A stretch of 64,000 bases of DNA from a virus. Positions within the stretch are counted from its first letter, which is position 1. Each line of letters begins with the position of its first letter. The position numbers and the translations under genes are program-made. The stretch is taken from positions 32,001 through 96,000 of IMG/VR virus record IMGVR_UViG_3300033233_000006; one strand, 5' to 3'. The notes beneath the pieces were generated by a model. That model saw only the letters and a list, made by a program, of their open reading frames with translations, was not told where the DNA came from and made no database searches. Below are positions 16,905 through 22,962 of the stretch, in pieces.

Positions 16905-17321
16905 GTGCCTGTTAACATCGGTCGCATGAGGAACGGGCCTTACATCCTGGTTGTTGCGCCGGTTGGCTACCCGGGGAAGAAGTATCGCGGGCGCTACGCC
17001 TACGAGCACTCGGTTGTGTGGTGGCAGAACACCGGGCGAATCGTCCCAAGGGGCTGGCTCGTCCATCACAAGAACGAGGACAAGCATGACAACGCGTTCG
17101 CGAACCTGGAGGCGAAGCGGACCGGCAAGCACACAGCCGACCACAACGCCGTCGCTCCGACCGTTCTCGGGTGCGCTTACTGCGGCTCAAAGATCGAGCG
17201 GAAGCGCGCCGAGCACGAATACCGTCTGAGCATCGGGCAAACAGACTTCTACTGCAACCGATCGTGCTTCGGAAAACACAAAAGGCCGAGAGGTCCGAGG
17301 TATCCAGTTATTGCGCTCTAG
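16905..17321 (+). CDS. HNH endonuclease
   Basis: YAYEHSVVW...VHHKNEDKHDNAFANLE; CAYCG...YCNRSC. Confidence 0.85.
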   Translation: MPVNIGRMRNGPYILVVAPVGYPGKKYRGRYAYEHSVVWWQNTGRIVPRGWLVHHKNEDKHDNAFANLEAKRTGKHTADHNAVAPTVLGCAYCGSKIERKRAEHEYRLSIGQTDFYCNRSCFGKHKRPRGPRYPVIAL

Positions 17322-17384
17322 CATCAAAGTAGATGTCCGGCACTGTTAATGCCGTGGTTCTCGGTGCGAGTCCGAGGGGCGCAG
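17312..17384 (+). tRNA. tRNA-Asn(GTT)
   Basis: TGCGCTC/GGGCGCA-G; loop CT-GTT-AA; T-loop TGCGAGT. Confidence 0.85.
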
Positions 17385-17389
17385 TCGGT

Positions 17390-17451
17390 CTGGTCTTCGC
17401 CGTCGAGCGGAAGAGCGCAAGCCGTCGCGAGCGCGGCGAAGACCAGCTTTT
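17390..17451 (+). other. 13-bp stem-loop followed by CTTTT inside the tRNA array (terminator or processing element)
   Basis: CTGGTCTTCGCCG/CGGCGAAGACCAG. Confidence 0.45.
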
Positions 17452-17523
17452 AGGTCGCTGGGGTCAACAGAAACCTACTCGGCTCCAACCCGAGTGATCT
17501 CCGTGCAAGTCGGAGGCGGCCTG
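17452..17523 (+). tRNA. tRNA-Trp(CCA)
   Basis: AGGTCGC/GCGGCCT-G; loop CT-CCA-AC; T-loop TGCAAGT. Confidence 0.85.
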
Positions 17524-17594
17524 TGCCTCGTCGTTCAACAGTAGGACGGCGGTCTTTGAAGCCGCGAATCTCGGTGCGAATCCGAGCGAGGCAT
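17524..17594 (+). tRNA. tRNA-Gln(TTG)
   Basis: U1:A72; loop CT-TTG-AA; T-loop TGCGAAT. Confidence 0.88.
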
Positions 17595-17601
17595 TCTCCT
17601 T

Positions 17602-17674
17602 TGCCCACTAGCTCAACCAGCAGAGCGACGGATTCTGAATCCGTAGGTTCAAGGTGCGAATCCTTGGTGGGCAG
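17602..17674 (+). tRNA. tRNA-Gln(CTG)
   Basis: U1:A72; loop TT-CTG-AA; T-loop TGCGAAT. Confidence 0.9.
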
Positions 17675-17680
17675 TCTTTC

Positions 17681-17752
17681 GGGCTCGTCTTCCAGCAGCA
17701 AGGATGCCTCTCTCACACGGAGGAGACGAAGGTGCGAGTCCTTCCGAGCCCA
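17681..17752 (+). tRNA. tRNA-Val(CAC)
   Basis: Loop CT-CAC-AC; T-loop TGCGAGT. Confidence 0.88.
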
Positions 17753-17756
17753 TCAT

Positions 17757-17828
17757 GCGGACGTAGTTCAGCAGCAGAACGACAGGTTGCCAATCTGTAG
17801 GTCGCGGGTGCAATCCCCGCCGTCCGCT
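17757..17828 (+). tRNA. tRNA-Gly(GCC)
   Basis: U73; loop TT-GCC-AA; T-loop TGCAATC. Confidence 0.9.
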
Positions 17829-17837
17829 TCTCTCCGA

Positions 17838-17924
17838 GGGCGTGTCATCGTAGTAGCGATCGACCCAGACTGTAAATCTGGTTCCCGGAAGGGATCAACG
17901 TAGGTGCGAGTCCTACCACGCCCA
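17838..17924 (+). tRNA. tRNA-Tyr(GTA)
   Basis: Loop CT-GTA-AA; long variable arm; T-loop TGCGAGT. Confidence 0.88.
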
Positions 17925-17931
17925 TCATCAT

Positions 17932-18004
17932 GCGGACGTAGCTCAGCCAGCAGAGCGAGTGCTTCCCAAGCACTAGGTCGCGGGTGCAACTCCCGCCGTC
18001 CGCT
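17932..18004 (+). tRNA. tRNA-Gly(CCC)
   Basis: U73; loop TT-CCC-AA; T-loop TGCAACT. Confidence 0.9.
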
Positions 18005-18008
18005 TCAA

Positions 18009-18082
18009 GTCCTCGTAGCTCAGCAGATCAGAGCGACGCCCTCCGAAGGCGAAGGTCGCTGGTGCGATTCCAGCCGAGGACA
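18009..18082 (+). tRNA. tRNA-Arg(CCG)
   Basis: Loop CT-CCG-AA; D-loop AGCAGATCA (A20); T-loop TGCGATT. Confidence 0.9.
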
Positions 18083-18087
18083 TGCTT

Positions 18088-18161
18088 GTCTCCGTAGCTC
18101 AGCAGATCAGAGCAACGCGCTACGAACGCGGAGGTCGCAGGTGCAATCCCTGCCGGGGACA
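18088..18161 (+). tRNA. tRNA-Arg(ACG)
   Basis: Loop CT-ACG-AA; T-loop TGCAATC. Confidence 0.9.
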
Positions 18162-18169
18162 TCTCTCAA

Positions 18170-18242
18170 GCCGTCGTAGCCCAATAGCAGAGGCGCTTGA
18201 TTCAGGGTCAAGAGGTTGTGGGTGCAACTCCCACCGGCGGCA
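18170..18242 (+). tRNA. tRNA-Leu(CAG), short variable region
   Basis: Loop TT-CAG-GG; variable region AGGTT; A73. Confidence 0.85.
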
Positions 18243-18246
18243 TCGC

Positions 18247-18322
18247 GGGTCGCTAGGGAAGCGAGCACACCCGCCCGGCCTAAACCCGGGAACGCTCGGT
18301 GCAAGTCCGAGGCGACCTACCA
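18247..18322 (+). tRNA. tRNA-Leu(TAA), short variable region, encoded CCA
   Basis: Loop CC-TAA-AC (C33); variable AACG; ends A-CCA. Confidence 0.75.
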
Positions 18323-18325
18323 CAC

Positions 18326-18398
18326 GCCCCTCTAGCCCAACAGCAGAGGCGCTCGGCTTAGGACCGAGAGGTTCCGGGTGCGAATCCCGGGAGGGGCA
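18326..18398 (+). tRNA. tRNA-Leu(TAG), short variable region
   Basis: Loop CT-TAG-GA; variable AGGTT; T-loop TGCGAAT. Confidence 0.85.
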
Positions 18399-18402
18399 TC
18401 GC

Positions 18403-18472
18403 CGGGCGCGGTCTAGTCGACCAGGTGAGGCTTATATCCTTGCCGCGCTGGGTGCGATCCCCAGGCGCCCCA
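18403..18472 (+). tRNA. Atypical tRNA with TAT anticodon (Ile or initiator-like)
   Basis: C1:C72 mismatch; D-arm GGTC-TAGTC-GACC abutting acceptor; 7-bp anticodon stem; loop CT-TAT-AT. Confidence 0.7.
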
Positions 18473-18476
18473 TCAA

Positions 18477-18550
18477 GCCGCTCTAGCCCAACCAGCAGAG
18501 GCGCCGGTCTCAAAAGCCGGAGGTTCTCGGTGCAAGTCCGAGGAGCGGCA
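18477..18550 (+). tRNA. tRNA-Leu(CAA), short variable region
   Basis: Loop CT-CAA-AA; variable AGGTT; T-loop TGCAAGT. Confidence 0.85.
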
Positions 18551-18561
18551 GCAGCAGCGAG

Positions 18562-18631
18562 TGTCACCGGGCGACCAAAAGCCCGGCGAGGCGTGGAGCG
18601 ATGTCCTCGCGAGAGGGCTACGCAACCGACA
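18562..18631 (+). ncRNA. Candidate three-way-junction small RNA between tRNAs
   Basis: TGTC/GACA closing CCGGGC/GCCCGG and GCGTGG/CTACGC with inner CCTC-GCGA-GAGG GNRA hairpin. Confidence 0.4.
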
Positions 18632-18639
18632 ACAACTAC

Positions 18640-18727
18640 GCGGTCGTGGCGGAATCTAGCAGACGCACCAGGTTGAGGGCCTGGCGTCCCGAAAGGGCGA
18701 CTGTGGGTGCAAGTCCCACCGACCGCA
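18640..18727 (+). tRNA. tRNA-Leu(GAG)
   Basis: Long variable arm; loop TT-GAG-GG; D-loop AATCTAGCAGA; T-loop TGCAAGT. Confidence 0.9.
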
Positions 18728-18732
18728 TTCAA

Positions 18733-18805
18733 GGGTGTGTAGCTCAGTAGTTAGAGCGCGCGGCTGATAACCGCGAGGTCGAGAGTGCGATCCTCTCCTC
18801 ACCCA
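18733..18805 (+). tRNA. tRNA-Ile(GAT)
   Basis: Loop CT-GAT-AA; D-loop AGTAGTTA; T-loop TGCGATC. Confidence 0.9.
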
Positions 18806-18810
18806 TCTCT

Positions 18811-18897
18811 GGAGAGCGAACCGAACGAGCGCATCGGTCCTCGGTGCTAACGAGTGAGTGCCCGAGAGGGTATGGGGTGCAAGTCCTCCGTTCTCCG
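18811..18897 (+). tRNA. tRNA-Ser(GCT), 8/4 fold
   Basis: GGAGAGCG/CGTTCTCC-G; GGGG/CCTC T-stem; loop GT-GCT-AA. Confidence 0.85.
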
Positions 18898-18923
18898 TGC
18901 GATCATGTCGTCCAACCCTAAGA

Positions 18924-18995
18924 CGGGGTGTAGCTCAGCAGCAGAGCCTCGCGTTTGGGACGCGAAGGTCGCGGGTGCAATCCCCGCCACCCCGA
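18924..18995 (+). tRNA. tRNA-Pro(TGG)
   Basis: C1:G72, A73; loop TT-TGG-GA; T-loop TGCAATC. Confidence 0.9.
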
Positions 18996-19015
18996 TCCGC
19001 ATACATAATTAGGCC

Positions 19016-19693
19016 GTGACATCGCGCGAGTCGATGACTAGACTCGTTGGCGTGAGCGACGCAGCGGGCATCTCCGAGACGAAGACGTGCAGCCGATGCG
19101 ACTTTCCCAAGCCCATCGGCGAGTTTTCGCTCAAGAAGAAGTCGACCGGCGAACGCCGCTCGGAATGCAAGAAGTGTCGAGTCGATGCACACGCCGCCCA
19201 CGTCGCGCAGTGCAAGTCCGATGGTGTGTGCCCCGACTGTCGAGCCTCGACAGACGGCGAGCGTCTCTACTGCGACAAGTGTCGCGCCAAGCGCGCCAAG
19301 GCTTCTCGCGCCAAGCGCGCAAGACGCAAGAGTGCTCGCCGTTGCGTCCACTGCGGGACTCCGAGTGGCAGACTTTCGCTCTGCAAGGGGTGTCGCCCGA
19401 TCTACGCTGCCCACAACAAGCGGCTGCGGGACAAGAACAAGCAAGCCGTCCTCGACCACTACGGACACGCTTGCGCGTGTTGCGGCGAGGCTCGAAGCGC
19501 CTTCCTCACGATCGACCACATCGACGGTGGAGGGAACAAGCACCGGAAGGAGATCGGCGGGTCAGCGCATCTTCATTCGTGGCTCATCAAGAACAAGTTT
19601 CCCGACGGATTCAGGACGTTGTGCTTCAACTGCAACTGCGGTCGGCGCTTCACAGGAGGTGTCTGCCCACACGAACTGGAGAGGAAGACATGA
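19016..19693 (+). CDS. Cys-rich HNH-type endonuclease
   Basis: Multiple CxxC; CACCGE...LTIDHIDGGG...LCFNCN. Confidence 0.8.
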   Translation: MTSRESMTRLVGVSDAAGISETKTCSRCDFPKPIGEFSLKKKSTGERRSECKKCRVDAHAAHVAQCKSDGVCPDCRASTDGERLYCDKCRAKRAKASRAKRARRKSARRCVHCGTPSGRLSLCKGCRPIYAAHNKRLRDKNKQAVLDHYGHACACCGEARSAFLTIDHIDGGGNKHRKEIGGSAHLHSWLIKNKFPDGFRTLCFNCNCGRRFTGGVCPHELERKT

Positions 19694-21297
19694 GCGTCTT
19701 GAACGAGCCCGTGCTCGTACTCAATCGCAACTGGCAACCAGTGACCTTCCTTCCGGTTCAAGTGGCGATCGTCAACGTTATGCGGGACATGGCAAGTGTA
19801 CTGGATGCTCAGAACTACCTCCTCCTCACCTTCGAGGAGTGGGCGGTGAGCGAGCCGGACACGGACCGCTGGATCAAGACGGCTCGCGATCCGATCCCGG
19901 CGCCCGAGGTGATCGTCCTCAAGAAGTACGGCGAGCGTCCTCCCCGGAAGATCGTGTTCAACCGACCGAACCTCGCCAAGCGGGACGCCCACCAGTGCTT
20001 CGCTTCTGGCACGCCGGTCCAACTCGGCGGTGGTCGGTGGGTTTCGATCGAAGATGTGTCGATAGGCGATTCGATCATTACGGCGACTGGTGTTTCGGTC
20101 GTTACCGACAAGATGGCGCAGGAACCGTCTCGTCCCTGTGTCTCAGTTAAGCCGTACTACGGACTGCCGGTCGTCGTTACCGACGACCACAAGTTCCTGG
20201 TGCTCGACAGGGCGGGTGGACTCCGTTTCGTTCCTGCGGCTGAGTTGAAGGGGCATCACGTCGTCTGGCCGCTCGATCGAACGGGAGATGTAATAACTCT
20301 GCCTGCGCCGCTCGCCCGCTTGATCGGTTACTTCATGTCCGAGGGACACACCGCGCGCGACTACCGAGACGGCGTAGAGCAGTATGTTGGCTTCACGATC
20401 GCGCCGCATGAGGACGAACTGGCGGAGGGTATCAAGAGCGCCGTCAGGGCGGTGCTCTCGCTCGACGACAAGCACATCGCCGACAAGATCAATGTCGACC
20501 CGCGAAACGGGAACCAGAGTCGCCGGATCAATGTCGGTTCTCGCGAGCTTGCCAGGATAGTGAAGACTTACGTCTCTGGAAGGAAGGCGCGCGTTAAGCA
20601 GTTCCCGTTCGACCCCATCAACCTCGACGAGAGAACGGCAACCGAACTTTTCGAGGCGATGATGTCCGGTGATGGCTGTGATCTCATGACACGCGATTCG
20701 CCAACTCGCGTGCTTACGACCGCGTCACGGACGCTTGCGCTCCAGTCCCAACGTCTCGCGTGGGGTCTTGGGCGCTTCGCTTCGATCGTACAGGGGCGGC
20801 AGGTCAACTTCAACCCAGGCGCTCCTGTCTACCACGTCCGCTGGTTCCCCGAGACGACGCGGCATCTCGGAAAGGTTGTTCGGGTCGACGGACACACCTA
20901 TATGTCTGCTCCCGTTCAATACGTCCGAGACGTTTCATATGACGGTTTGGTCTGGGATCTCACAGTGAGGTCGGAGGACGAGCGCGGACACACCTTTGTG
21001 ACATCCGCCGGAATCGCGAGCAACTGCCAGTACTGCGGCGCGGACCTCTTTCGCGAGAAGATCACGGTGGAGCACATCCTGCCGCGGTCGCGCGGAGGCC
21101 CGACGAGCTGGGAGAACTGCGTCGCCGCGTGCGAGAGCTGCAACTCGCGCAAGGCCGACCAGACCCCTCAAGAGGCCGGCATGAGGCTCCGCACGGTGCC
21201 GAAGGTACCGGCGTGGCGAACTCGACTCCGGGCGCCCCGAGGCGTAGTGAGGCCGTCGTGGGAGCCGTTCCTCGCGAAAGAGCTGGAGTCGGCCTGA
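19690..21297 (+). CDS. McrA-like HNH endonuclease (PVLVLN family) interrupted by an intein
   Basis: PVLVLNRNWQP...RD-[intein]-CQYCG...TVEHILPRSRGG...WENCVAACESCNSRK; ATGA overlap with upstream stop. Confidence 0.9.
   Translation: MSVLNEPVLVLNRNWQPVTFLPVQVAIVNVMRDMASVLDAQNYLLLTFEEWAVSEPDTDRWIKTARDPIPAPEVIVLKKYGERPPRKIVFNRPNLAKRDAHQCFASGTPVQLGGGRWVSIEDVSIGDSIITATGVSVVTDKMAQEPSRPCVSVKPYYGLPVVVTDDHKFLVLDRAGGLRFVPAAELKGHHVVWPLDRTGDVITLPAPLARLIGYFMSEGHTARDYRDGVEQYVGFTIAPHEDELAEGIKSAVRAVLSLDDKHIADKINVDPRNGNQSRRINVGSRELARIVKTYVSGRKARVKQFPFDPINLDERTATELFEAMMSGDGCDLMTRDSPTRVLTTASRTLALQSQRLAWGLGRFASIVQGRQVNFNPGAPVYHVRWFPETTRHLGKVVRVDGHTYMSAPVQYVRDVSYDGLVWDLTVRSEDERGHTFVTSAGIASNCQYCGADLFREKITVEHILPRSRGGPTSWENCVAACESCNSRKADQTPQEAGMRLRTVPKVPAWRTRLRAPRGVVRPSWEPFLAKELESA
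19996..21024 (+). mobile_element. Intein (343 aa) with LAGLIDADG homing endonuclease
   Basis: Starts CFASGTPV; block B VTDDHKFL; LIGYFMSEG and FEAMMSGDG motifs; VWDLTV...HTFV...IASN followed by +1 Cys. Confidence 0.92.
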
Positions 21298-21334
21298 AAG
21301 ACTGCGGTCGGCGCTGATGTTGGCGTCGGCCAAT

Positions 21335-21421
21335 GGAGTAGGACCCGCGGGGTAGTCCTGCGGCTCGCCTGGAAAGCGATGGCGCCCGAAAGGGCGTGGG
21401 GTGCAACTCCTCCCTGCTCCG
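21335..21421 (+). tRNA. tRNA-Ser(GGA), 8/4 fold
   Basis: GGAGTAGG/CCTGCTCC-G; GGGG/CCTC; 6-bp D-stem; long variable arm. Confidence 0.85.
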
Positions 21422-21425
21422 TCTC

Positions 21426-21497
21426 GCCCTCGAAGCGTAGTCAGCGACGCACTGGTTTCGTAAACCAGAGAGCCCGGCGCACCTCCGGGCGAGGGCT
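21426..21497 (+). tRNA. tRNA-Thr(CGT)
   Basis: Loop TT-CGT-AA; aberrant T-loop CGCACCT. Confidence 0.78.
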
Positions 21498-21582
21498 TCT
21501 CGTCGAATCCGGTTGGGACTACATCTGGCCTAATCAGCCTGAACCAACTACGTCTCAGCCACCCTTTCATCGACGGGTTTTC

Positions 21583-21657
21583 GCTCCCGTAGCTCAGGCA
21601 GATCAGAGCGACGTTTTCCTAAAGCGTAGGTCCCAGGTGCAAGTCCTGGCGGGAGCA
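21583..21657 (+). tRNA. tRNA-Arg(CCT)
   Basis: Loop TT-CCT-AA; T-loop TGCAAGT. Confidence 0.88.
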
Positions 21658-21660
21658 TCT

Positions 21661-21732
21661 GCCTCCGAAACTTTGAGAGTGAAGCCCGGTCCTGTAAACC
21701 GGCGGAACTCGGTGCGAGTCCGAGCGGGGGCT
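21661..21732 (+). tRNA. tRNA-Thr(TGT)
   Basis: Loop CC-TGT-AA (C33); T-loop TGCGAGT. Confidence 0.8.
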
Positions 21733-21756
21733 TCGACGATCCCAGTTGATGCGCGT

Positions 21757-21792
21757 GGCGCCGGGGTTCCTGCCCGGCGCCGCTTCGTTTCC
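21757..21792 (+). terminator. Terminator closing the tRNA array
   Basis: GGCGCCGGG/CCCGGCGCC stem then GCTTCGTTTCC. Confidence 0.55.
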
Positions 21793-21793
21793 A

Positions 21794-21802
21794 GGGTAGA
21801 AC
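21794..21802 (+). promoter_or_regulatory. Recurrent GGGTAGAAC promoter-like motif
   Basis: 6 nt before ATG 21809; same motif precedes many genes. Confidence 0.5.
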
Positions 21803-21808
21803 ATCGGC

Positions 21809-22150
21809 ATGCGAGGCTTCGTCCACTACCTCGTCACCGGTGGCGTTCCGCTCGTCGTCCTGTTCATGGCGCTCTGGCTCATTCTCTACTTCTTCCGGCT
21901 CTCTCGTCCACCAGGGCCCCCGCCTTTCAAGCCGGGTGAAGAGGTCGAGTACAGGCGCGAGACGCCGCTCACCGACGAGGAGGCGCGCTGCCCGGTCCAC
22001 GTCGTCGGGTGCGAGTGGAGCGCGCGGAAGGGCGAGTGGGAGGTTCGACTCGCCTTCACGTTTGCCAAGGACTCGACCTGGGAGGCGACGGCGCCCGCCT
22101 CCCGCGTCCACCACCTCGACATCGTGCGAAGACTGGCCGAACTGGCATGA
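21809..22150 (+). CDS. Membrane-anchored SH3-like protein with C-terminal tag (LDIVRRLAELA)
   Basis: N-terminal hydrophobic helix; FKPGEEVEY. Confidence 0.7.
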   Translation: MRGFVHYLVTGGVPLVVLFMALWLILYFFRLSRPPGPPPFKPGEEVEYRRETPLTDEEARCPVHVVGCEWSARKGEWEVRLAFTFAKDSTWEATAPASRVHHLDIVRRLAELA

Positions 22151-22413
22151 CCCCGCCCTTCGCTTCCGGCGACCGCGTCGAGGTCACGGAGTTCCACGGC
22201 GGCTCGATCGAGCAGGAGCCGTGGCACGAGCGGTTCAAGTGCCCGGTACGCGGCTTCGTCGACGATACGGAGTGGTGCCAGGAAGATGACAACTGGCTCA
22301 TCTACGTGGTCGTCGACGGCCACCCAGGATTCGGAGTCACCTACCCCGAGCGCGCCAGGCTCATCTCCGCACCAGAACACCTCGCCGAGTTGAACGATGC
22401 GCCTCCCGCCTGA
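22147..22413 (+). CDS. SH3-like protein with tag (SAPEHLAEL)
   Basis: ATGA overlap; FASGDRVEV. Confidence 0.7.
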   Translation: MTPPFASGDRVEVTEFHGGSIEQEPWHERFKCPVRGFVDDTEWCQEDDNWLIYVVVDGHPGFGVTYPERARLISAPEHLAELNDAPPA

Positions 22414-22891
22414 GTCGGAATGGCCCGAATGGAAGCGTGGCGATCGCGCCATCATCGGCGTCATGCGCACCAGACCGCCCGACGGCGTGAGGCGTAGTCC
22501 GAGCGAGACGGTCTACATCCGCGGGACGGTGACGAGCGTCGTGATCGACCTCGGGTGGGGCGGAGCGTGGCGCATCTTCATCCACACCGATGACGGGGAG
22601 ATCGAGAGCTGCTCCCCAGAGAACCTACGCCGGCCCGACGTGATCGAGCTGATCGGAGAGATCCCATGCACTCCAAGACACCGCCCTTCGAGATCGGCGA
22701 CCGCATCCGCCACGGAGAGCGAACCTACGCCCCGGCTAAGAAAGGGTGGCAGCGGGTCTACCCAGGCAGCGTCACCGCGTGCTACTGGAATGACGAAGAC
22801 TCGGACACCGGCTGGTGGGTTACGGCGAAGCTCGACGAAGGTCGAGAGGTCCACGGCACGGCGGGCGAGTTCGAGAAGGTCGTCGACGTGA
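22397..22891 (+). CDS. SH3-like protein with tag (DVIELIGEI); frame runs on into the next gene
   Basis: WKRGDRAII...RGTVTSV...IFIHTDDG; last ~75 codons overlap 22666-22962 out of frame. Confidence 0.6.
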   Translation: MRLPPESEWPEWKRGDRAIIGVMRTRPPDGVRRSPSETVYIRGTVTSVVIDLGWGGAWRIFIHTDDGEIESCSPENLRRPDVIELIGEIPCTPRHRPSRSATASATESEPTPRLRKGGSGSTQAASPRATGMTKTRTPAGGLRRSSTKVERSTARRASSRRSST

Positions 22892-22962
22892 TCGAGGCGT
22901 TGGCGGATCTCTACAAGGAGAAGCCGCTGCGTTTCCTGCCCCGAGGTAGAACGGAGACATGA
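22666..22962 (+). CDS. SH3-like protein with tag (DVIEALADL)
   Basis: RBS GGAGA; FEIGDRIRH. Confidence 0.72.
   Translation: MHSKTPPFEIGDRIRHGERTYAPAKKGWQRVYPGSVTACYWNDEDSDTGWWVTAKLDEGREVHGTAGEFEKVVDVIEALADLYKEKPLRFLPRGRTET

Noticed and set aside
18247-18322. Possible amber suppressor or tRNA-Pyl (CTA in the anticodon loop)
   Set aside because: With the 5-bp stem CCCGG/CCGGG the loop is CC-TAA-AC, so the anticodon is TAA; CTA is off-centre.
18551-18639. HDV-like (theta) ribozyme after tRNA-Leu(CAA)
   Set aside because: No 3' partner for a P1 starting at the tRNA end and no nested double pseudoknot found by eye; kept only as an unassigned structure.
15204-18732. Many short ORFs predicted over the tRNA array
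   Set aside because: They are translations of tRNA genes and lack coding bias.
19087-19689. N-terminal extension of the 736-aa ORF in the track
   Set aside because: It overlaps the HNH gene 19016-19693 out of frame; the family N-terminus and ATGA coupling put the start at 19690.
13400-21750. CRISPR array suggested by the periodic GGTGC(A/G)A motif
   Set aside because: The periodicity is the T-arm of consecutive tRNAs; there are no identical direct repeats with spacers.
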